Virus record (IMG/VR): IMGVR_UViG_3300045978_000411
Span: 1 to 26,787 of that record
Strand: one strand, 5' to 3'
Origin: a virus
Taxonomy: Duplodnaviria > Caudoviricetes
DNA length: 26,787 nucleotides
Position 1 is the stretch's first letter; each line of letters begins with the position of its first letter. Shown here piece by piece: positions 7,697 to 15,365 of the stretch. Position numbers and translations under genes: made by a program. The notes under the pieces were generated by a model. That model was not told where the DNA came from and made no database searches. It saw only the letters and a program-made list of their open reading frames with translations.

Positions 7697-7975
7697 CTAC
7701 ATTTCGGTAGGTTTATTGTTGTTTTAGAGGTGGGGAAGTAGCTTTGTTGTTGTTTTGGGGATGGGGAGGGAGGTGCGGAAAAGACCACGTATCGTTTGCC
7801 GGGCCATACGTGGCCGTGGGCGATGTCGGCGCCGATGGGCATGGTGGTGGCCGGAACCCGGCCGATCGCGTCCACGGTGCCCGGTGGCCCGGCAATCGCC
7901 ATTCGACCCGATCCCGGTCCCAAGAAGAAGAACGCGCGCGTGAGACAGAACCTAGCTCCATCCCGAAAATAATTC

Positions 7976-8004
7976 TTGACATGACATCTCGCTTATCGTA
8001 TGGT
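7976..8004 (+). promoter_or_regulatory. sigma70-type promoter
   Basis: TTGACA (7976-7981), 17 nt, TATGGT (7999-8004), with an AT-rich upstream tract. Confidence 0.75.
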
Positions 8005-8052
8005 CCCGATGGTGATCGGACATTGGGTCCGATCCGAAATCGGAATACCCAA

Positions 8053-8562
8053 ATGGCAACCCGTACCCGTCGCCTCTCGAAGGTGATCGACGCCAACGCC
8101 AGGTCTCTTACCCTGGTGTTCCTCGGCGAGAAGGACAGCGAAGGCAATCCGACCGTCAACGATACCCTGGTGTTCAGCCTCTCCGACTACCCCAAGGCCA
8201 TTGTGACCCATCTTGCGCTTCACGGGCTTGGGCAGGTGCTCGGTGACGAAATCTCTGGCATCGGCGCCGATGGTGGCGATCCCGTTGAGATGGTCAAGGC
8301 CCGCAACGCGCCGCTCGTGAACGGCGACTGGTCGGCCGGCCGCGAGATCGATCGCTCCATCCTGGTCGAGGCCACCATGGCAGTATTCGCCAAGGCCGGC
8401 GTGGTTCGCGAGCGGGCGAAGGTCGAGGCGTACATCAACGGGCTCGACGCCAAGGAGGTCGCGAAGTACCGCCGGCGCCCTGACATCACCGTGGCCGTCG
8501 CCGCAATCCGCGAGGCTCGCGGCCAGACCGGCGATGACTTGGGAGCCCTGATCCCGGAGTAA
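8053..8562 (+). CDS. stand-alone hypothetical phage protein (169 aa, MATRTRRLSK...)
   Basis: ATG 8053 downstream of the promoter; strongly G/C-ending codons; own terminator. Confidence 0.85.
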   Translation: MATRTRRLSKVIDANARSLTLVFLGEKDSEGNPTVNDTLVFSLSDYPKAIVTHLALHGLGQVLGDEISGIGADGGDPVEMVKARNAPLVNGDWSAGREIDRSILVEATMAVFAKAGVVRERAKVEAYINGLDAKEVAKYRRRPDITVAVAAIREARGQTGDDLGALIPE

Positions 8563-8564
8563 CC

Positions 8565-8581
8565 TGCGACAAGTTGTCGCA
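8565..8581. promoter_or_regulatory. second TGCGACA-AGT-TGTCGCA palindrome
   Basis: Same arms and spacing as 7373-7389. Confidence 0.55.
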
Positions 8582-8596
8582 TCTGCCGCAAGGCGG

Positions 8597-8630
8597 GGCC
8601 GAGCGCCGAAAGGTTCTCGGCCTTTCCTTT
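8597..8630 (+). terminator. intrinsic terminator
   Basis: GGCCGAGcgCC-GAAA-GGttCTCGGCC stem-loop followed by TTTCCTTT, preceded by a GCAA-tetraloop hairpin (8583-8596). Confidence 0.65.
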
Positions 8631-8743
8631 GTCCGCTCGGGCAGGGCATCCTCCCCAGGCGGGCGGTCGGTCCGTCATCTGTGGCCACACGGGGGAGTTT
8701 GGAGGTTTTTGGGTCTTAGCGTATTCCCGAATTCATTTTCCTA

Positions 8744-8772
8744 TTGCACCGCCTCGTGACCTCTCTTATAAT
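8744..8772 (+). promoter_or_regulatory. sigma70-type promoter ahead of the late operon
   Basis: TTGCAC, 17 nt, TATAAT. Confidence 0.7.
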
Positions 8773-8849
8773 AATCGGGACGGGGTTCTTTCGGGATTAC
8801 GTCTTGCTACGCAAAGCTAAGCTTCGCAACCCTTTCTGCGGAAACTTAG

Positions 8850-9281
8850 ATGCCTCCCTATCGCGGACCAGAGAGAAGGCAACGAAGGTCGGAGGAATAT
8901 ATGGGGGAGGAGAGAAGGGGGTTGCTGGGAAAGCTGAACGGGAATGCCCCGGTTTGGCTGGCCTTTATTTTTCAGCTCGGAACTGTCGCCTGGTACGTTT
9001 TCAACATGAGGGCGGATATAGATAACAAGGCGGATGCAGCGACGCTGGTGAAGCTGGCAGGAGTGGTGGAATATCTGGCGCAATCGAAAGCGAACCAGAT
9101 TGAAGTAGCAGGGCTGGGGCGTGATATTGCAGGATTAACGGCGGTGACGAATGCTTTAGGAGGATCGGTTAATTCGCTAGAGGATTATACGGCAAGATTG
9201 CAGGAGCAGACGAAGAACATGTCGGTGCATATCGGGAACCTGGAAGAGGCGAACAAGTCCATCTGGCGGCAGACGAGGTAA
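8850..9281 (+). CDS. membrane-anchored coiled-coil protein (start possibly 8901)
   Basis: TM segment APVWLAFIFQLGTVAWYVF followed by heptad-rich helices. Confidence 0.7.
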   Translation: MPPYRGPERRQRRSEEYMGEERRGLLGKLNGNAPVWLAFIFQLGTVAWYVFNMRADIDNKADAATLVKLAGVVEYLAQSKANQIEVAGLGRDIAGLTAVTNALGGSVNSLEDYTARLQEQTKNMSVHIGNLEEANKSIWRQTR

Positions 9282-9301
9282 GCGGAAGCCGGAGGAAAGA
9301 G

Positions 9302-9922
9302 ATGCTACCCGGAGTGAAGGCAGTTCCCATAACGGCGACGGAGGGCAGACCGCTTTCCTCGCAGAAGGCGGTGACAGCGGTCACCTCGGTCGGCCGGCGC
9401 CATCACGAGATACTGACGTATGTCCTGGCCAATCCGCACAAGCCCATCACGGAGATAGCGCAAGCGCTCGGGTACACCACGGTTTGGGTTCAGAGGGTGG
9501 TCAGGTCGGACATGTTTCAGCTGGAGCTCCGACAGCACCAAGAGGCCCACAGGGCCAGAGTCGTAGGGGCGATGGAAGAGAGGCTATACAGCGTTACCCA
9601 TCGGATGCTGGAGGATATGGATAGGAGGTTCAAAGGCGGGCAGGCATCGGAGAAATTTGTACTGGGAGCAGCACCCACGTTGCTCGGAGCAATCGGTTAT
9701 GGCAGTCAGCATCGAGGAGAGGAGCCGCAACGGCATCTACATGTCCACGTCAACGGAGACCAGCTGGCCAGGGCAAGGGAACTCCAGCGAACCAGCTACG
9801 AGGCCAGTGACGTCCCATCAAAGCCTGCTGCTGACGAAGCTCAAACGGGTCCAGTTCCAGCGCTCGAAGCACCGGCCGCAGATGCCAACTGCGCCGAAGA
9901 GAATTCGTGGGAGGTTGTATGA
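9302..9922 (+). CDS. putative terminase small subunit (HTH protein)
   Basis: GGAGG RBS; HTH-like ITEIAQALGYTTVWVQRVV; lies upstream of TerL. Confidence 0.65.
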   Translation: MLPGVKAVPITATEGRPLSSQKAVTAVTSVGRRHHEILTYVLANPHKPITEIAQALGYTTVWVQRVVRSDMFQLELRQHQEAHRARVVGAMEERLYSVTHRMLEDMDRRFKGGQASEKFVLGAAPTLLGAIGYGSQHRGEEPQRHLHVHVNGDQLARARELQRTSYEASDVPSKPAADEAQTGPVPALEAPAADANCAEENSWEVV

Positions 9923-10337
9923 AGAGCAGATTCTAGGGTGGCTCAAGCGAGGTCTCGGGGAAAGGGTGATAGATGATGCAAGACTCAGATACGAAATGGC
10001 TGACGGAGAATCAGGTGCTCTGCATCCTGATGCAATCATCCTCTGTCAGCATTCACTTATCCTGGTTGAGATCAAACTCAATGTCAGTCTCAGGTCGTGG
10101 TGGCAGCTGCGGCATGTATACGGACCTCTGCTTCGCAAGGCAATGCCAGCTGCGCGAGTTCGAGACCTCATCATTTCTGCCTACTACCCAGCAGCAGAGC
10201 TGCTCGATCAGCTACCGGAAGACCCCATCGCTGTGCGGAACCCGCTAGATGCAGGATTCACCGGGCTCAGCCTCATCGTACTGGCAGAGGACAAACCCAG
10301 GACTGGCGGTCCTACAGGCCCTCTCGGCAGCACCTAA
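9882..10337 (+). CDS. PD-(D/E)xK family nuclease
   Basis: GRLYE...HPDAII...LVEIK...Q...Y motif set; start uncertain. Confidence 0.7.
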   Translation: MPTAPKRIRGRLYEEQILGWLKRGLGERVIDDARLRYEMADGESGALHPDAIILCQHSLILVEIKLNVSLRSWWQLRHVYGPLLRKAMPAARVRDLIISAYYPAAELLDQLPEDPIAVRNPLDAGFTGLSLIVLAEDKPRTGGPTGPLGST

Positions 10338-10365
10338 GCCAAGCGCCGAGGGCGCTCGGTTGAGC
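10334..10365 (+). repeat. hairpin element family A copy
   Basis: CTAAGCCAAGCGCC-GAG-GGCGCTCGGTTGAGC spans the nuclease stop and the probable TerL TTG start. Confidence 0.85.
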
Positions 10366-11877
10366 ACAGGTCCTGACGCTCGGGAGGCTCGGACGAACCA
10401 GGTTGATGTTGAGGAGCTGGTCGAGCTGTGTGCCCTGAATCCGCAGCTATTCTGCACCACCTTCTTCCCCAAAACCTTCAGACAGGACTTTCCGGTCTTC
10501 GACCAGGATGTTTGGAGGCTCCTCGAGTCGCACAAGTACCAATTCGTCGCCCTCAAAATGTTCAGAGGGTCAGCGAAGACAACCCGCTTACGCACCTTCA
10601 CCCTCAAGAGGGCCGTGTACGGGATCTCGAGAACTTGTATTTTTGTCTCGGTTTCGCAGCGGCATAGTATTCAGTCGGTGAGGTGGATTAAGAAGCAGGT
10701 GGAGGAGAATGAACTGCTGCGCTCGGTCTATGGGGTAGAACCGGGGAGCAAGTGGACAGATGAGTGGATTGAGATATACTCGAGGGCACTTCAGCAGTCT
10801 TGTGCTATAGTTGCCCTGGGAATTACTGGACAAACTCGAGGGTTGAATATAGATGATTACCGGCCTGACCTGATTGTAGTAGATGATCCGTGCGATGAGG
10901 AGAACACTGCATCAGATGAGCAGAGAGAGAGGACGGAGGAAAGATTTTTCTCTGCGCTGGCCCAGAGCCTTGCGCCCAGGACAGAATGTCCCGAGGCTAT
11001 GATGGTGCTGTCGCAAACGCCGTTCATTGATGGGGACCTCGTATCGCAGTGCGAGAAGGATCCGACCTGGGCAAATAGGTCCTACGGTTGCTTTCTCCCC
11101 AACGGGGAAAGTAGCTGGCCCTCGAGGTTCCCCACAGAGACACTCCTGGCAGAGAAGCAAGCCCACGTTGCCAGAGGCCAGGTGATGCTCTGGATGCGGG
11201 AGAAAGAAGTTACCATCATTGCAGACGAGCTAATGGATTTCAAACCTTCGTGGGCGAGGTTTTGGGATAACCTAGATCCACAGGCTCAGCTCGTAACCTT
11301 CATCGGGATTGATCCGGTTCCGCCTCCATCGGGTAGGCAGATCGCCGAGATGTTCTCCAAGAAGGACTTCGAGGTACTGGCCGTGGTGGGCCTCTACCGC
11401 GGGATGTTCTTCGTGCTCGAGATCCAGAGGAACCGCGGGCACCAACCAGATTGGACGGAGAACACCTTCATTAACCTGGTACAGAAGTGGAAGCCCACCT
11501 CCTGTAGAGTTGAGGCGAACAACTATCAGAGGACCCTACAGTATTTGCTCGAGCGGAAGATGCGGGAGACTAGGGTCTTCGTGCCGATTAACCCTGTAAC
11601 GGAGATGAGGAAGAAGCGACACAGGATCGTGCAGACATTAGCGCAGGTAGCATCACAAGGCGCCTTCTACATGCATGCGACGCAGGTGGAGCTGATTTCG
11701 CAATTCTCCCGATATCCTCTGGTCGATCATGATGATGATCTGGACGCGGTGGCGATGGCCGTGGAGGAAGGGCTGGAGTACTACAGGAAAGGGGTCGAGT
11801 GGGACGAGGATGGGAAGCTGCAGCTTTACCAACACGATCAGATGGACTGGTCCAGTGGCATTCAGACTGCACCGTAA
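10360..11877 (+). CDS. terL: terminase large subunit
   Basis: Walker A-like FRGSAKTT; RG..RPDLIVVDD Walker B; RNase H-like nuclease motifs IGIDP, VEAN and HDDDLDA. Start probably TTG 10360 (ORF open from 10249). Confidence 0.93.
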   Translation: MSTGPDAREARTNQVDVEELVELCALNPQLFCTTFFPKTFRQDFPVFDQDVWRLLESHKYQFVALKMFRGSAKTTRLRTFTLKRAVYGISRTCIFVSVSQRHSIQSVRWIKKQVEENELLRSVYGVEPGSKWTDEWIEIYSRALQQSCAIVALGITGQTRGLNIDDYRPDLIVVDDPCDEENTASDEQRERTEERFFSALAQSLAPRTECPEAMMVLSQTPFIDGDLVSQCEKDPTWANRSYGCFLPNGESSWPSRFPTETLLAEKQAHVARGQVMLWMREKEVTIIADELMDFKPSWARFWDNLDPQAQLVTFIGIDPVPPPSGRQIAEMFSKKDFEVLAVVGLYRGMFFVLEIQRNRGHQPDWTENTFINLVQKWKPTSCRVEANNYQRTLQYLLERKMRETRVFVPINPVTEMRKKRHRIVQTLAQVASQGAFYMHATQVELISQFSRYPLVDHDDDLDAVAMAVEEGLEYYRKGVEWDEDGKLQLYQHDQMDWSSGIQTAP

Positions 11878-11935
11878 GCTGAGCGCCGCAGGCGCTAGGT
11901 TGAGTTGCGGCGCTCGGTTGAGCGGTGCTCGGTGG
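11875..11935 (+). repeat. hairpin element family A copy plus two tandem right half-sites
   Basis: TAAGCTGAGCGCC-GCA-GGCGCTAGGTTGAGT, then GGCGCTCGGTTGAGC, then GGTGCTCGGTGG. Confidence 0.85.
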
Positions 11936-11977
11936 AACCCTGTGACTCCTGGAGGCGAGTCGTTCAGTTTGGTGAGT

Positions 11978-12046
11978 ATGATAATCCTTGGTAGTATCTT
12001 TGCTTGTTTGACGCTCGGCGTTGCTCTCCATCTCGTGCTGGGATAA
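11978..12046 (+). CDS. possible 22-aa hydrophobic micropeptide
   Basis: MIILGSIFACLTLGVALHLVLG fills the gap before the portal gene. Confidence 0.35.
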   Translation: MIILGSIFACLTLGVALHLVLG

Positions 12047-12051
12047 TAGAG

Positions 12052-13959
12052 ATGTTCTCCCTCAAGATCCCCTTTGGAGGAGAGAAACATCAGAAGGTGG
12101 TGGAGGCGCTCGCCTCGAGAAGGAAGCTGGCAGATGAGGGACATGGGAAGATAGAAGATAGGCTGCTCGAGGCGGATAAGCTATATAGAGCATACAGTCC
12201 GGATACGGAAAAAGTCGCGGCAGCGAAAGCGGAACGCCGGGCAGGGGAGATAGAATATGTGCAGATTAACATTCCGTTCTCCACGGCTACGCTGTTGACA
12301 GCGCATACCTATTGGACCTCGGTCTTCCTCTCCCGCTCTCCCATCTTCCAGTATATGTCGCTGTCGGAGGGACCGGAGGATAATGTTCTGGCAGTTGAGG
12401 CCCTGATTAATTATCAGATGGCCCGAGGGAGGAGCCTCCCGCTTTGGGGCTGGCTGATGGATGTAGGTTATTATGGAAGGGGAATATTGGGTCATTATTG
12501 GGCCGAGGAGGTCAAGACTATTGCACGCTACGAAGAGCGGCCAGTGGAGGTGGAAGGTGTTCCCATCGAGAAAGCCCGACCCGAGCGAGCCATCGTTCGA
12601 GAGACGCTACCAGGGTACGCTGGAAATCGGCTCTTCAACGTTCATCCACGAGACTTTCGACCAGATCCAAGGGTCTCACTGTCCGAGCTCCAGCGGGGCG
12701 AATTCTGCGGTCGGATCGTACGACCCTCGTGGAACGATATCGTTATTGGAGAAGCTGAAGGAAGGTACTTCAACGTCGAAGAGTTAAAGAAGCGAACCTC
12801 GAGAGCATTCGGCGGCGAGAGCATCGTGAGCTCGGTGCCGGGGAAGGAATATCCGGATTTAAACCTCGGATCTGGGGTGCTGCCCGAGGGCCCAGGTTTT
12901 ATTGAGTGCCACGAATATTACGTGAACCTTATCCCAGCGCAATGGGGACTTTCGGCAGGAGCAACGACTCCGGAGAAATGGGTATTTACGTGGTGGAATG
13001 ACGAGCTGCTGATCGAGGCTCGGCCCTTTGGCCATATTCACGACCGTTACCCTTATGAGGTTCTCGAGTACGAGGTGGATCCGTATTCCATCTCCTCGAG
13101 AGGCGTGCTGGAGATGCTTGATCCGCTGAACTATCTGATGACCTGGCTCGTCAATGTGCATTTCTATAACGTGAGAGCTATCCTCAACGGGACGTTCGTT
13201 GCGGATACGGCAAGGTTGATGACCCCGGACTTTAAGAAGAAAGGTCCAGGGAGGATCTTCCGGCTCAACCCGAGCTATTCCGGGACTGACGTGCGGACGG
13301 TACTGGCGCAGCTGCCCGTGGCGGATGTGACGCAGCAGAATATCCAGGACCTTAGACTGTTGGAGGATCTGTGCGGACGCCTCATTGGCGCTTCGGCCAA
13401 TACGATGGGGGTGGTGAACCCAGGGGGAAGGAAGACAGCTACGGAGATCAGGTCGTCAACAGCTGGTGCAGCGGGCAGGATGAAGACGAATACGGAGTAC
13501 TTCTCCGCAATGGGTTTTGCCCCGCTGGGCGGAGCTTTGCTGTCGAACTCGCAGCAGTTCTACAGAGCAGAGCAGAAACTCCTCATTGCTGGGGACCAGT
13601 GGCGGAATATGGAGTTTATCCAGGTCAATCCGATGATGCTGGCTGGGGAGTTCGACTATGTGCCAGTCGATGGGACGATGCCGATAGATAGACTGGCACA
13701 GGCGACCCTCTGGCGAGAGATGTTCCAGGTCGCGGGATCTGTCCCGCAAATTGGGCAGCAATATGATATCGCAGGGATTTTCTCGTGGGTTGCACAGCTT
13801 GCAGGGTTGAGGAACATTAACAGGTTTAAGGTGCAGGTGGCTCCTCCGATGGCTCCGGGTATGTCAATGGCAGGTGCGGGGCCCGAGCTACCGACAGTGG
13901 GGAACAGACGGGAGGTACCGTTGGGAGTGGTAGGTAGGAATGTTGGGCCAGCAGCGTAA
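12052..13959 (+). CDS. portal protein (P22/podovirus-like)
   Basis: 635 aa directly after TerL; motifs G.GI..YW, DF.PDP and G...KTATE typical of podoviral portals. Confidence 0.88.
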   Translation: MFSLKIPFGGEKHQKVVEALASRRKLADEGHGKIEDRLLEADKLYRAYSPDTEKVAAAKAERRAGEIEYVQINIPFSTATLLTAHTYWTSVFLSRSPIFQYMSLSEGPEDNVLAVEALINYQMARGRSLPLWGWLMDVGYYGRGILGHYWAEEVKTIARYEERPVEVEGVPIEKARPERAIVRETLPGYAGNRLFNVHPRDFRPDPRVSLSELQRGEFCGRIVRPSWNDIVIGEAEGRYFNVEELKKRTSRAFGGESIVSSVPGKEYPDLNLGSGVLPEGPGFIECHEYYVNLIPAQWGLSAGATTPEKWVFTWWNDELLIEARPFGHIHDRYPYEVLEYEVDPYSISSRGVLEMLDPLNYLMTWLVNVHFYNVRAILNGTFVADTARLMTPDFKKKGPGRIFRLNPSYSGTDVRTVLAQLPVADVTQQNIQDLRLLEDLCGRLIGASANTMGVVNPGGRKTATEIRSSTAGAAGRMKTNTEYFSAMGFAPLGGALLSNSQQFYRAEQKLLIAGDQWRNMEFIQVNPMMLAGEFDYVPVDGTMPIDRLAQATLWREMFQVAGSVPQIGQQYDIAGIFSWVAQLAGLRNINRFKVQVAPPMAPGMSMAGAGPELPTVGNRREVPLGVVGRNVGPAA

Positions 13960-13992
13960 CCTGAGCACCTCCGGCGCTCGGCGAGTGCTAGG
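13957..13992 (+). repeat. hairpin element family A copy
   Basis: TAACCTGAGCACC-TCC-GGCGCTCGGCGAG then TGCTAGG; the TAA is the portal stop. Confidence 0.8.
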
Positions 13993-14007
13993 CGGAGGGT
14001 ACCAAAA

Positions 14008-14253
14008 ATGCTTGAGCTGACAGTAGCGGTCCTCTGGTCCGTTACCAACTGTTCTCCCTCTAGGGAGATGGAAAGACTGCTGAAGGGAAGGGGAATGGAG
14101 GTGGTGCAACAGCACCAGTTGAAGGATACCTCGGTGGGAGAGCTGTGGTATCGGGAGAAGGATCAGACGGTGATCCTGGTGCAGAGGTTTCCATCGGGGT
14201 TAAGTTGCTCGATAATGACAGGGGCAGGAGTTTACATGGGAAAGGTGACCTAG
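14008..14253 (+). CDS. small secreted protein with two Cys
   Basis: GGAGG RBS; hydrophobic N-terminus; C...ELW...PSGLSC pattern. Confidence 0.7.
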   Translation: MLELTVAVLWSVTNCSPSREMERLLKGRGMEVVQQHQLKDTSVGELWYREKDQTVILVQRFPSGLSCSIMTGAGVYMGKVT

Positions 14254-14469
14254 ATGGCGGAGATGACGGCTACCAAAGCGCAAGCAGCTGGGATCGGAGC
14301 AGGGGTGGGGAGTGCCCTGGCGAAGATCATCTCGTGGGCCTGTTGGCAGGCAGGGTTGGACACCTCCACGATTGAGGCGCCGATGGAGGTTATTATATCG
14401 GCGATTCTCGCCATGCTTACGACCTACTATGCACCGGCCAACACGTATAAGCCGGAGCAAAATAAATGA
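14254..14469 (+). CDS. putative holin (2 TM)
   Basis: 71 aa, two hydrophobic segments, two Met near the start (MAEM), upstream of the endolysin. Confidence 0.6.
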   Translation: MAEMTATKAQAAGIGAGVGSALAKIISWACWQAGLDTSTIEAPMEVIISAILAMLTTYYAPANTYKPEQNK

Positions 14470-14768
14470 AGAAGCTCAGTCTTTTGCTGCTCTTGCTGCT
14501 GCCGGCGTGCGAGCATTCGCTCGTGCCGAAAGCGACCTTGGCGCTCGGGGCAAGCTGCAAGGCGTATGCGAATGCCCTCCGAGTCCTGACCCCGATGAAG
14601 GCAGAGGGGCAGCTCACCAAGGAGCAGATCCAGCTGGTGGATAAGAGCAACTCAGCCGTTGATGAGCTCTGTCTGGGAGAGCCGCCCGAGGACATCTACG
14701 ATGCCATCTCCCGAGTGAGTGCGGCGACCAACGCAGTTCTGCTGCTGACGCTGGAGGAGAAGAAATGA
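14466..14768 (+). CDS. lipoprotein, possible spanin component
   Basis: MKKLSLLLLLLLPAC lipobox, within the lysis cluster. Confidence 0.75.
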   Translation: MKKLSLLLLLLLPACEHSLVPKATLALGASCKAYANALRVLTPMKAEGQLTKEQIQLVDKSNSAVDELCLGEPPEDIYDAISRVSAATNAVLLLTLEEKK

Positions 14769-14944
14769 ACCCCGCCTTGATTGCCTTGATCGTCGGCTCG
14801 ATCGGTCAGGCGCTTGAGTATTCTCTGAAGCTGACTGCATTGGTGAAGGAGGCGGAGGACATGTCGGACGAGGAGGTGGCTGAGAAGTACCGAGAGCTCA
14901 TTGCTGACTACAAGGCAGCGAGGGAGGAATGGAATAATGCCTAG
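14765..14944 (+). CDS. 59-aa protein with hydrophobic N-terminus (lysis accessory or spanin partner?)
   Basis: Manual translation MNPALIALIVGSIGQALEYSLKL...EEWNNA; GGAGGAG RBS, ATGA overlap. Confidence 0.7.
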   Translation: MNPALIALIVGSIGQALEYSLKLTALVKEAEDMSDEEVAEKYRELIADYKAAREEWNNA

Positions 14945-15365
14945 CAACGGACCGCCTTGGAAGCTCTCGAGGGAGTCGAAGGAGAACCTGAAGGGGGTGC
15001 ATGAGCATCTCGTCCAGGTAATCGAGCGGGCCATCGAGATCAGTCCGCTGGACTTCAAGGTACTCGAGGGCACTCGCTCGATGAAACGACAGGAGCTGTT
15101 GCTGTCCGCTGGGGCATCGACCACCCTCAATTCCCGGCACTTGACAGGTCATGCGGTGGACCTGGCAGTGCTCCTGGGAGGAGAGGTCAGATGGGACTGG
15201 CCCCTCTATCGAATCTTGTGGGCCTCGGGGGTGTATCCAGCGGCGCAGGAAATCGGGGTGCTGGTCGAGTGGGGAGGGAACTGGGAAAGCTTCCCAGACG
15301 GCGGGCATTTCCAGCTCCCGTGGATCGCCTACCCGCCAGTGAAGGAGGAGCCGCGGAATGCGTGA
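14937..15365 (+). CDS. endolysin, peptidase M15 (L-Ala-D-Glu peptidase type)
   Basis: EG.RS..RQ, SRHLTGHAVD (SxHxxGxAxD), WGGNW and DGGHFQL motifs; GGAGG RBS. Confidence 0.93.
   Translation: MPSNGPPWKLSRESKENLKGVHEHLVQVIERAIEISPLDFKVLEGTRSMKRQELLLSAGASTTLNSRHLTGHAVDLAVLLGGEVRWDWPLYRILWASGVYPAAQEIGVLVEWGGNWESFPDGGHFQLPWIAYPPVKEEPRNA

Noticed and set aside
7229-7923. ORFs 7229..7588 and 7639..7923
   Set aside because: Translations of repeat or low-complexity regulatory DNA, without RBS
7744-8052. N-terminal extension of the 272-aa ORF
   Set aside because: Spans the promoter and low-complexity DNA; the coding signature begins at ATG 8053
4730-13992. Family A or B repeats as a CRISPR array
   Set aside because: Copies are dispersed and separated by whole genes rather than by 30-40 nt spacers; no cas genes in the window
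4730-13992. Family A hairpins as ordinary rho-independent terminators
   Set aside because: No U-tract on either side, and they sit inside apparently continuous operons
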